Source: Syncephalis fuscata S228 (taxonomy: Eukaryota; Fungi; Zoopagomycota). From it: a stretch of 64,000 nt of DNA. The position numbers and the translations under genes are program-made. The notes beneath the pieces are model-generated. The model saw only the letters and a list, made by a program, of their open reading frames with translations, made no database searches and was not told the origin of the DNA. The stretch is from positions 1 to 64,000 of the forward strand of contig JAHLTZ010000026.1 in the NCBI GenBank assembly GCA_025786725.1. The letters run 5' to 3'. Each line of letters starts with the position of its first letter. The stretch's first letter is position 1. Below, one piece after another: positions 10,166 through 23,200 of the stretch.

Positions 10166-10871
10166 TATTTGCATCCTTTCAAACTGCGCATAACTCGTAA
10201 GATAGTGCATTGCCTTTGAACAAACCCCGATATAATCTTTTTGTGGAATTAGGTCTGTTTTGACACCAAACTGCATTCTCTTCATTTTATAGATGACTAC
10301 AAGGTTTATTAATAGTCGGTAAATAAAAGCTATTTATTATTATTTCAAACTGCACAACACATATACAAAAGCAACATTAATAAATTGAGTTTCTTTACAT
10401 ACCTATAATGCTGTGCATAATCCAGTTACAATGATTAAATCATGCAATATATTGGTTGGTTCATGTGACCATTCTACTTGCCATTGCAGCTTAGCTACAA
10501 GAATTACCAATTTATTTTTAGTTTTGTATTACTAATCATTGATACAGGCCTTATCGCTATCAGTCAATTCCTGTTATTAATTATTGGCTGCTGCGTAATG
10601 GTATTCCCGATAATGAAGCATTGGGCTCGAGTATTGATGTTGTTGATTTATTGATTATAAAGTAATGTAAAGACACTAAAATTTATTTATCAGATTATTT
10701 AAGTTAAATATATGTCTATTATTGCTAAAATGGATAGTTTAATTGTGTTTGTATTTAATGATTAACCATAACGTATCAATGGCTACAAAAAAACTTTTTT
10801 TAATTAAAATAAAATTAAATTATAATAGCGATAGCATTAAATAAACTAAACATGTGTACTGTAGAATATTA

Positions 10872-12292
10872 CTACGGAATACGTATTGAGCAAATTACGT
10901 GGTCATTTGTCGGCATCTCTTTTTGTAGATTTATGTAAACTAGTTGATACTGCCTAGCTCTTGATATTTTGATTGTATCACACCGGAAAGCATTAAGCCA
11001 TCGTTGAGGATGTTGATTAAGATCCATGGGCACCGGTATCGCTGGATCGAACAATAGCAGATATTGAGTTCCATTTGCCAGTTGCTCCAGACCTACAATA
11101 CAACGGCTATGTCCTGTAAACAGCTGTATTAATGCCCATTGCTTCAATAACCAATAATACAATACCTTGATGTTGCAAGTAAAGAGGTGGCTTTTGTGTA
11201 TAGTAGATCCTGTTGATGGTTGAGCGCTGTGATAAAGGATGATTGTCTACATCAAAATATTTCTGGACTACACAAAATGGTTCATCATGTTGTCCTCGAG
11301 GACCATTTGGACAATGAAAGTCAATAATATGGCATCTAGTGACAATATTAATATTAGTAATCTTTTCGATTGAACACTGCTTACTTGACGCCAAGATATG
11401 AAAAAAACGTGTACATCTCCGTGGCTCCAATCCATTTGCTTGTTCCTTGTAAATAATAGCCAAGTTGTTGCGCGCCTGCCATATCCCAACCTATTATTGA
11501 GCTGTTTAATGCTGAGCGTAGATTGATTGTCTTTGTGTACCTACCCTGTTGCCATGCTTCCTCGATATGCCGTTGGATTCCTAATATTTCCATTACATGG
11601 GATATTCGCTCGGGGCATAGTGATACCAGTACAGACATAAGCATTTGTATATCACAATAGCCACAGCCCCAACACTGATCTTGACGGCCACTAGGAATGT
11701 GCACTATACCAGTATGACATAGATTTGCTGAGTCTATCAATCATTGTTGCATTACTGGCAGCACACCTAGTAGCATATAAATATAAACATTAAAGTCTAG
11801 CAATTAACATTTTGTTGCCGCTCTGCCTACCTAACTGTCCACAACATTCACAGAGATGAACAGTGGATTTTGATGAAGATACTTGTTCTGAATCTTGTTT
11901 AGTTTTATTATCTTGTGATGTAAATGCATCTCAACATGGAGTTCACGTTTATGCGGTGATTCTGTTAGTGCAAGCTAACATACTGGACATTCAGATATTA
12001 AAGCATTGCAAGCATCTTCTGTGGTTATTATGTCACCCATCATTGATTCTATAATGTTAAATTAATCATTAAACCAAGTGCAATACAATTATATACTATT
12101 CCATTAGTAGTTTTAGAATTCTACTGACCAGAAATTATGGTATCATTATAGCTGGGTCGTTGAAATGCTCGTTAGTATGGTGGAGAAAAGCCGGTTTATT
12201 TCTTAAAAATCAAACTGACATACAGGACATTGCCGCCTATCGCTAGCCTCGTCGGTATTATTGAAATAAAAATGCTTATGCCAATCATCCAT
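10872..12292 (-). pseudogene. ZUP1/Mug105-like peptidase C78 deubiquitinase with N-terminal zinc fingers, apparently decayed
   Basis: Family motifs WGCGY, KWIGATE, PPLYLQHQGHSR and LLLFDP are present. In-frame stops occur in ECPVC* and MQQ*LID, there is a frameshift after CPVCQF (~12205), and GYRN is changed to GYCD. Confidence 0.7.
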
Positions 12293-13197
12293 GGTTACTC
12301 TTCTTGATATTATCGCAATTATATACAAACTAAAAAATTAAGTTAATGTAATACTTCATTTTGAACGCTGCAATAGTTGTACTAGTATGTTGAATTGTAG
12401 TCGAAGGGAATAAGAGTGTGATATAGGTCATAGAATATGGCCAAAATATCCCATTCTAAATCAATAAATATATGACTTCAATAAAAATAAAAGGTTTGAA
12501 ATATTGGTTTACAACCAATATCCAGTATAAATAATACTGTGTTACTATTGTAATTACTGTGCAGTCTTTTTGTCTTACTTTTTTCTTTTCTTCTACGTTA
12601 ATCAAGTCAAGCATTGCTGATATTCAATTACTATATTACATCATTTATTTTAACTACTATAATAACAATATTCCATTTTTGATAACATTATAATTGTATG
12701 TGCCACTCATTATTCTAAATAAAATTTATTATAATAAAATAAATATTTGTCAGAATGTAACATATATCGTTTGTTATAAAAGAATATGGTATAATTTTAT
12801 AGCTACTCAAGGACAAAAATAGACAAAATAGCGATGTGCTCATTAGTAATATTGATCATAGTCGACGTAATCATAAATGCTATAATACAATAATGGCCAA
12901 TTAGTTGCCATATCTATATACTAGTACAATCAATTAATTAAAATATTAAAAAAGTGCACGTTATCATCAATTTTCAATTAATATCGGTAACGGTTGTTAA
13001 ATTATCCGATCATTTTATAATAAGAACAGTATACGGATGAAATAAAGGCCTTATTTTGCTTTATTTGTAAATAATCACACGTAGTTTATACTTGTTTTTT
13101 GAGCAGAAATTCAAGCTATTACTAATACATTTGAAGAATAAATAGAACAATTGCTGATAATGTTAAAGCCATAACCTTTTAAATATTCTACACTATC

Positions 13198-14135
13198 ATG
13201 GGTCCTCGCACTAGTTTTAAGTTAAATACCGGCGCTACAATTCCGGCAATCGGCTTGGGTACCTGGCAGCCAGACCCGAAAACAGCAGCAACTGCCGTTC
13301 CTCATGGAATAAGTGTAGGCTACCGTCATATCGATACGGCCGCCATCTACATGCAAGAAACTGAAGTTGGAAATGCAGTAAACAATTCCAAAGTGCCACG
13401 AAGCGAGTTTTTCGTCACATCCAAGCTATGGAACAGTGAACACGATCCCAAAGATGTTCCCGTTGCTTTTGAGAAGACGCTAAACAAGCTTGGTCTTGAC
13501 TATATTGATTTATATCTTATGCACTGGCCGATAGAGTTTGAGAAAGATGTAAATACTGGTGAAGTTAAAATGCCCATTGAAGTTGTTGCAAAAAACGATT
13601 TTGCCGATACTTGGCGAGCAATGGAGGTATGTAGCCATTTTATTACTTGTACATATGTACTTATATATCTATATATTAGAATCTATTAGAAACTGGCAAA
13701 GTCAAGGCTATTGGCGTTTCCAACTTTACCATTAGCAATCTGAAGCATCTGCTTGCTAGTGCACGTGTAGTGCCAGCTGTCAATCAAGTCGAATTACATC
13801 CATATTTGCCACAAGATGAACTGGTTGAATTTTGCCATAGCAAAGGCATACACATGACGGCGTACAGTCCACTTGGATCTCAGGGTGCACCATTGCAATC
13901 GGAACCGATTATCGCGTCTATTGCAGAGAAGCACGGCTGCACACCGGTGCAAGTACTTATTAATTGGGCTTTAGCGCGCGGTACATCAGTAATACCCAGA
14001 TCCGCCAATCCAGATCGTATTAAGTCGAATTTTGTTGAAGTGCCACTAGACGACGACGACATAAAGCAAATAGCTGAAATTAAACGACGTGAGCGCTATT
14101 GTGTGTTTCCATGGACAGAGGGTGCCTTTGATTAA
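13198..14135 (+). CDS. Aldo-keto reductase (AKR1/GCY1-like), 2 exons
   Basis: Motifs IPAIGLGTW, GYRHIDTAAIY, FVTSKLW, DYIDLYLMHWP, NQVELHPY and AYSPLGS. Intron ~13627-13679. Confidence 0.95.
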
Positions 14136-14272
14136 ACATTTAACATGAAATAATAAATAATTATAAGTATATTTGAATGCGTAAAAATAAATGTAATTAT
14201 AATTGTTTAACGTTATTTTGGCACTTTTCTATTATTGATAAAAATTATATAATATTTATTATAACATAGTAT

Positions 14273-17200
14273 TTAATACCATGGCATCCATACACAACTC
14301 ATTTGTGCCATCTTTTGTGGATTAGTTGCTTGAGCAATGAGATCCAGCAATGATTGATCTAATGGAACAATTTCACTAGATGCTACCGGTTGATCCTCCA
14401 GTTCCATGGCATCAGTATCGGACGCAGCTGCAGCTGTTCCAGTATTAATACCATTAACGTTGGCATTAGAAGCAGATGCTTGGTGTGTAGATGTTGTAGC
14501 TAAATGTTTCCATGCCTATTAATGACAGAATATTAGCAAATTAATAGATTAATAGAGAGAGTAACCTACCACATCTCGTTCTGTACGACATGCTAATAGC
14601 TGTATTTTACGCATCAATTGTCCTGTTGCCGCTTTAGCAGCAATGATGGTCGTGTGTCGTTCAGTTGACATATCATCTGATGTATCCATTTTGCCTTCAC
14701 CTCTCTCTTCTGTATCCATAGCCGTGGCCGTATCATTATCGTCATTATCATTATTGATCTTTGGCACTTCTGATGTACCACTCTCTTCTGCTTTATCGGT
14801 CACTTCTTGCGTAATAGCATCAGTCTCTGCTGCTGTAGTATTTGCATCTTTATTTGCCGTCGAATGACCACCTCCAGTCATTGTTGCCGATGATGCTGTA
14901 TTATTCCACGTGTTCAGTTCATCATAAACAAAAATATTTAATAAATCCTCGACTTCCGTCTACATGGATTATATTAGCATTCGTCATTTAACAGCCATTA
15001 TAATACAAACCTTTGATTCAACAAATGCATCGGCAATACATAAAAGTGAAGTAGCAAATACGCCTTCAAGTCCATTAGGTGTCATGAAATGCTGTAGATT
15101 GGGTGTCAATCGGAAAGGTACCGGCTCAGTAATATTGAAATCTTGATCTAATAAACCATATCGTATTAATATTGATGTCCATAAGTTAATAAATAAATAA
15201 GTAACTTACTTGGGAAGAGTTCAGCCGTCCATATATTGCCAGTGGACAATGAAACATGGTACTTGTGTGGATGACGAGCGTTAACACCAAGTACATGAGT
15301 TAGAAAAGTGCTGGTCGCCCATTGAGCAGTGAATCGTTTACGTAACATCCATAGATCGGCCGGTGTCTTTTGACGTGATGAAAAGTAACGAGTCAGTGTA
15401 TCAATTGGTACAAGTGTATTGGCGATAGATTCGACAATCTCGTGTTTAATACTTGGTATCATTGTTTTATCGTCACCAGTCAGCTCAGTAAGTAATTCCA
15501 AGTATTTAAAGACCGGTTCATCCACTAGAACATCCTGTCCATTTAACTGTGTCTCCAATGCTTCATGGAGTGTAACATAGGATGGATCTAGTTGTACCAA
15601 ACGTACTTGAGGGGCCAATGGCACAGTAACCGGTAGATGGAACTGTAATGAACGTCTACGTGTTTCCAAACGTCTTTCCAGCACACTGAGTTCAACCATA
15701 TTAGTGTTATTATTATTAATAAAATATTATTATACAGCTTACCCATTAAGTAGTCTAAATAGCTGCAATAAACGTTCTTCACGACGGCAGAAACGTGGAC
15801 ATGGATGTTGAATCATAAACGGATGAACTGTTCCATTATGACCACGCATAGCAATATGTCTAACAAAACTTGCTTGTTGTCGAATAGTAACTACAGTTGG
15901 TTCAAATCGCTCAATTCTTACAAAGTCATTATTATTATCCTTTAACTAGTAGATTCAATATTATAAATAACTATTACACTTAATAATACTATCTCTACTT
16001 ACTAGAACATATTGTCCCGGTATTTCTACATCATCGAATCGTTGATGTTCAAATTCAGTTAAATAATGTGAATAACTTTCTAGAGGTAATTCCGTTGGTC
16101 GTTCAGCCATCATGGCCACAAATGAATCGCGCCATTCACGTAAACGACGTACATATTGTGGCAGTGTTGGTTGATTCTCTACAAAATCACGTGCAAATGC
16201 CGTCTATACGATATTGATTATTAAATGACACCATGTAACTGCTATTCGCATACCTTTAATTCACCCGATGGTAATATGTCAGCAATACGTTGAATATTCG
16301 ACAATGAAGCAGTTGATAGAGCTGAATCTTTATCGTTATGCGATAAACGTGATGCCAATTGCTATATAACTGTATAAATACCTTTATAATATATACACTA
16401 TCAATAACTTACTTGAATACCATCGGTTAATAGTGCTACCAACAATCGATACATATCCTCTTCAGAAGTTGGCTTTAATCGAGCCAATATTTGATCAATC
16501 ATCGTTTCCATGGTTAGTGCCAGTAATGGATTAGTTGATTTAAGTATTGACATAATATCATCAAGATACTCCCATGGATGCTCACGCTGTAGAACATTTG
16601 TTGTTTGATTTGAAGTAGCTGCCAATGTTTCTGATGATTGCGATAAAGCATTGCCACTATTATTGTCTTTAGCTAGTGCTCCATCATCATCATCATCTTT
16701 ATCTACTTCATCTTTAACTGCATCATCTGTATCCATCATCATAGCACTGTCATCTTCTTTAATAAATCCAGCGGATTCAGCTGGTGTCGCCTCACTTGTT
16801 TCTGTGTCTGTAGCCGTATTTCTTGATAACAAGGTTGTTTTATCATCATTTATGCCATTAAATAAATTTATATTCTTGGATAGATTATTCATAGATGAAG
16901 ATGATTCAGCTGTTAGTGTTGTTGCAGCAGCAGCAGCAGTTGTTGTTGTTGTTGTTGTTGTTGCAGTTGTTGCAGATACAGAAGCTGACGTTGAAGGTGA
17001 TGGTGATACTGATTTTTTACGGGTGGATTTGGCCATTGATGGATTTCTACGTAAAACCATTTCAAATTCTTCTCTCATCGTCCGTAGTTGATAATGCAAT
17101 GCCTATTAAATACATACATATTAATAACTATACCTATAATTAATAGCTATCTAAACAACTTACTTGTGGGAATGATTTGGCAATACGCTCAAGTACTAGG

Positions 17201-20200
17201 CGAGCATGTCTAGCTGTACGGCTTGATAGTTGACTTAATAATTGCGGTATAAATGTAAGCCAGTACCAAATAGCCACATCACCTTTAAACGTTTCAAACG
17301 TTTTGGCCACTGTGCCCTGCTGATCATCCGAAGCAAGTAGCCATAGAATGCGTGCAATATGGCGACGTGATTTAGGACTACGTTGTAAGCAACATGCCTG
17401 TAAGTAGCAGTCCATCGCTCTACTAGCATATTCAATCTGATCAGGATGGTGCTGGAATAATCCATCCAAAAATCGGCCCCAGCTTGACCATGCTTTGGCC
17501 AAACTAAGATCGGCATTTGTGGCGGCCGCATAAGCAACATTTGCCTCATCGTTGCGTTCAAGTCGGGCTAGAAAATCACCTTTTAGCGTAAAGAATTCCG
17601 CCTTTTGTCGTACACCAAAATAGGCCAGATTCGTATTATTAATGACCTCAAGTCCAGAGGTCAATTCGCCCAAGTTCTTTAAATTACACCGTGCCTGTTC
17701 TTTCAATTTAATAAATGCTTCGTGAATTTCAATATTGGGCAGTGTGTAGATACGGGCCAGTTGATTAGTGCACACATCCAGCATGCCATGTTTACGTGCT
17801 ATTCTAGCAAATCGATTAATCATCCAGGCCATTTCATGATAGCCACGATAGGCGAGTGAACTACCCGCCACACCACTCGTCGCAGCATTATTAGCCGTAA
17901 CAGTCGGTGGCAATAATGGGCCCAGCGGTAAAAAGGTACGATTAACGGCACCAAACATCAATTGACGCCATGATACTAGATCACTCCATCGATTCATATC
18001 ATCCCAGTAATTGGGCAGTCGTTCACGCCATGACTGTAGTAGTGCCTTTAATTCTTGGAATCGGGCATCAAAGTTGTTGGCATTGGTGTCGAGTAATAGT
18101 GTACACATTTGACCGGCCTCTTGTAATTCAACAAACATTTGAAATACATGTAGCAACGAAACATGTGATCGATGTACGATAGGCGGTAATGAACGCCATT
18201 GTTGTAAGGCCAATTTCATACCATCGGCACACAATTGATGAAATACACTGGATCGATCTGGTTCACTTACACCACTTTCCTGTAATAGTAAAAATGCTTC
18301 CATACCCTTACGGCGTGGCGATTCAGGTAATACACGTAAACATTTGACCATCGATTCGGCTTCAAATTGTGGACTATCCATTTGACGCCATGCAGCATCC
18401 AGTTGAAGAGCTGGATTGTTTTCATGACGGGCCAAGTCATGTAGAATATCCCATTGCTGTAACTGTTCCGTTGTACGTATCCAATGCTCTTCCCATAGTG
18501 TATACTCGGCCTCAGTAAACGCTTGAATACCGCTACGGGCCTTTAATTGGGCTTGTTCGTACATTTGTTGTGCTACCGGCCATACACTACACTGTTCAAA
18601 AGAAAGTGCATTATTCGTTTCACTAAACATACAACGACGACGCCATAGTCCAAACATTAAATCATCTTCTGATAACTGCGTGTATAGTTCAGTTAGTGCA
18701 TCCAGCGTACTTTCACGTATTAATTCTTCACTACGATTCACTTCATCTAGACCATTTGTATCCATCGAGTGGCCATGTTCAAGATACTCAACGGCAACAT
18801 GCCATGCACCAAAATGTTTAGCAATGTACTTAACAAGCTGTGGTGGTAATCGAACAGCCGGTTGACATAGTGCAGCCGCTTCTAGTAATGCCTGCGGTAC
18901 ATTGGGACGTATGGCCGTTTGTTGCGACTGATACGGATTGGCCAGAAGTGGAATAAGCGATTTTGTAATATCGGTACGCTCTTTAGTCGACAATAACGGC
19001 CAACTATTACTAAATAATTCAATCCATGTATCATAGGCTATGTCATTGTTAAAATGTAACAGCTGTTGTAATGGTCGAATAAGATCAATAAGTGTCAGTT
19101 GACGTAGTTCAGCCATTAATTGGCATTGTTGTTCGACAATTTGCTGTAATGATGTATTTTGTTGCGCATTAGTCGCTATTTTAGCTGTCACTTTAGTTGT
19201 CGTTGTACTATTTGGTAATAAATTCGATAAAGATGATAGTGATAGAATACGTGTCTGGCTCATTAATGGTGCTTCTGGCACAATACCTGCTAATAGTAAA
19301 TCACAAGCTTGGGTAATCCAGAACTGTTTAGCAATAGCATCCCAGTGCTGTACACCTATTAAATAATACAATCGTGGGTAAAGACCACGTCCAGCACTTT
19401 TATGAAAAATAGTGGCAAATCGATTACGTAATTCTGGTTCGTTGAAACAAAGACCGGTAAGAAAGGCGTGTTCTAATCGTACAGTTAATTCAGTACGTGC
19501 AAATAATGGATTTTCATAAATATCAACGACCAATCGAAGGAATTCTTTCATTAATTCACGGTCTTGTCGTTGATCCAATGTCATCAACATTGACATTAGA
19601 TTGGCCTTCTCCTTAGTCGTGGGGAATGCTTCTTGATCATCTTTAATCCATTCGCGTACCATAGTAAGAATGGCCCGTAGTAGTTCTAGATCGGGTGACT
19701 TCTCTATTAACTGTATAAGTGATACGAGTAACCAGCGACGTTGATCGCCCAAATAAGAGACACGTGATTTGAGTAGACGTAATAATAGAATAAGTGCCGG
19801 TACTAAATGTTGATATTCAGGTGATGCTAAATTGGCCGATAAAAGCGATACTGAAGGCATTGTTGTACTGGTAGGACTAACAACAGTCGATAGTGGATTA
19901 CTACCGCTGACTGATATCAACTGAATATGCTCTTTAGTTAGTTTCTGTAATAGTTTACTAAGTGTTGGAATGAAACTATCTAGATATTCTGGTCGTGATT
20001 TACAACATGCTTGTAATAGAATAAGAGCAGCCCGTAAACTTTGACTATTAATACTAATACTTGAACCAAGTGTAGTTGAACCACCATTTGTATTACTGCC
20101 AGTAACAGTACCGGCACCACTCACACTACCGGTACCAGCACCGCCTGTTGCACCACTACTCGTACCACCCAATCCTTCTTGTAAAATAGTATCAATGGCG

Positions 20201-23200
20201 GCATAGAAGGTTGCCACTTCAACTTGAGCCTCATCTGGTGATGGAAGATGAGCGTATAATCGCGTAAGAATAGGAGCCATTGGTTCGCATAAATCAAGAC
20301 GGCCACTTGATAATGCTCGATTAAGTAGTCGTTGTAATAAAGCAATATTTTCAGTAAGCCAATTTGTCGGCTTTCGCTCTAATACAAAATCAAATACTTG
20401 AAGTGCCGCCCCTACACCTGCTACTTTATCTTCTTTAATTTCATCCATATTAGCAACGAGGACTACTTCTAAATAACGTAGATTAATGTCTACTGATTGC
20501 CAAGTAGACAGTTGCATTGCTTCTTTAAGCAAATGTAACGCTCTTGATGACATGTTATTAGGTGTAGCCGATGATGATGATGATGATGATGGTGGTGGTG
20601 ATTCAGCTGTAGCACATGTAAATTGTGCCAAATAATTAAGAATCATTTCTTTAAGCGTAGCATTTGGCGTATATTCATTAGATGGAATAGTTGGTGTAAT
20701 CGACATACTATTCGTATCATTACTATCTGTATCTTCACTTGGTAATGATGCTAATAGTTTCTTCTCCCATCCAAGCATTGTTTCTACTTGATCAAGGGTA
20801 AGTGCACGTGTCTCGGCCGTGGCAGATGGTACTAGTCCAAGTTTCGGTAATGTATTGACCATTTGAGGTAGGAAATATTCACGACAAGCATAGAATTGCT
20901 CAGCATGTCGCACGACTAACTGGTAAATATTGACAAGTTGCGATACGGTGTGGCCATCTTCAATAAGTACTTTACGGGTGTAGCGAGCCCATGTAGGAAA
21001 TCGATGATGATCACCAGGAGCATTGGCTAATCGAGTAGGCAGGGCCGGTGTAAGTACATCTAGTGCTTGTTTTACCAAATGCTTCGCCTCCGATTGATGC
21101 GCACGTAATAGAGCGACAAATATTTGATTAATAATCTTGGGCGGTGTTTCGAATGCTGCAATAAATCGAGCAATTAATACGTAGGCTGCTTGTTTACTCG
21201 TTACATCTTCTAAACGAATATTACCATAGGCGAATTTAATAACATCTTTTCGCATCAATATACGCTGTGGTACATATTGTACCATCATTGCTGTTAATTG
21301 CAATAATTCAATACGTAATGGGTCACCGAAACTCGATCGATCAGCATTGGCTGGTTGATCGGCTAATGGACGCCAGATACGTGTCTGTATCTCTTCGAGT
21401 GTAGGGGCATCCAGTATTTGATCAGCTTGTTGACGTACAAAAGTCGAAAGTAACATCGGATTCACTAGAATACGTAAGGCTTGAGTGCGTATCTCTTGGG
21501 TCTCCGTTAAATGAGCACTATTACTGGCGGATGATTCAAATAAACGTAAAAATCTACGTAAAATGGCCCGTTTACGTTCAGCTGTGCCACGAATGGCCAT
21601 TTCATCACACAAAAATGTTTGTAAAAAGGAGAAATCGACTACACTAGGCGTGGTAAATATATCCAATAAATCAAACAGTAAATCAACTTCATCAGGTACC
21701 CTCTGGCGTAGATCATTAGTGTTTCGGCTAATAAGCGTGATTCTTGTAACCGATGTAGATTCATATGTTCTTCTTGTTGTTGAATACGTATACGGCGAGC
21801 AGGTGTACGCCATAATTCAAGTAATCGATCTACTAAGTCACGATGTTCAACTAGCCATTCTGGATGTACAATACATAATTGATGTACAATAAGTACAAAT
21901 TGGAATCTAACTTCATCTAAATTGGCGCTATCATCGACGGTGGATGGAAATGCTCGAGCAATTAATCGGTCCGGTGATCGAAGCAGTTGCGATCTAAAGG
22001 CCGTTGCTTGTTCCATACCAAGTAGTCCAAGGAATAAGCGGCTCATAGCTGGTTCAGCCAATCGATTTAGGAAATAATCGATTGATTCAGAGGCATATCG
22101 ATTAAGGAATTTGATTAACGGTGCTCTAAATGGACTCGATGCATCTCTACGTAGCATTAATTCCATACGTAATGTTTCAGTTACTAAATCATTAAGGAAT
22201 ATGTTTGATGAAGCTGGCAATAAGTGAAATACATTCATAATAGCCACAATAATCTGCACTTCATGTACTTCAGCAAGCGATTTACCCGCTGCTTCCTGCA
22301 TTACTTGAGGATCGGCCCAACTCTTCATATGATCAAGCAATTTGTTGCCAATTTCTACTTTAAAGTAGCTAATTAGTAGCTCAAGTAATCGGGCCAGTCC
22401 CTCAAGGCCCGGCACCGTTAATCGTTTATGATCGGATAGATTATGTAGAATGGGACGTAGACCGGTTTGTAATAAATCTTTGGGTAATCGATGCTGTTGG
22501 GTAAGTACTTGTTGTAGGCCTTTCTTCGCTGCCTCTACCACTTCAGATGACTTGTTATAAAGTGATTTAAAAAATACTGAAATGATACGTTGTCTAACGG
22601 TACTTTGTCGTGGGGTAAAGAAGTCGGAACACGTCATGGCCGCCGATAGTAAACGTATACAAACAACACGTAAATTGACCAGAGAGGCCGCATTCTTATA
22701 CTGAGATGTACGACTAACAAGTGCTTGATCATCGGCATCGGCCAATGCCAGTGCTTCATGTAATAAACGCAGTAATTCATCATTACACTGTAGGAATGGT
22801 GGTCGTAATGATAAACAATAGGTAACGGCATCAATATTGCCAATTTGCATAGCAAATGGTAAAGCACGTAATGGTTTAGTGAATATAGGCCGTAATAATC
22901 GTTCCCGTACTGGATCAAGTAATTCAGTCACTTCGCACCCAGTAAGATCGGCGAGTAATTGGAATGAGGATTGAATGGTGTCACGTACGGCTGCGTTGGA
23001 ATTCGATAATTCAGTAACGAGTAATCCAACAAGATTGGTAAACTTTTGTTTACGCTCGGCATTCGGTTCACCTTCATCGGGTCGATTACATACTTTAAGC
23101 ACATGAGCTAGTGTTTGAGTGGCTTCTTCAACACCGCTAGTGGATAGTTCAGGTGATGCATCCTTGAGAATATACAGTAAAGCTTTACAGAAATCAAGTT

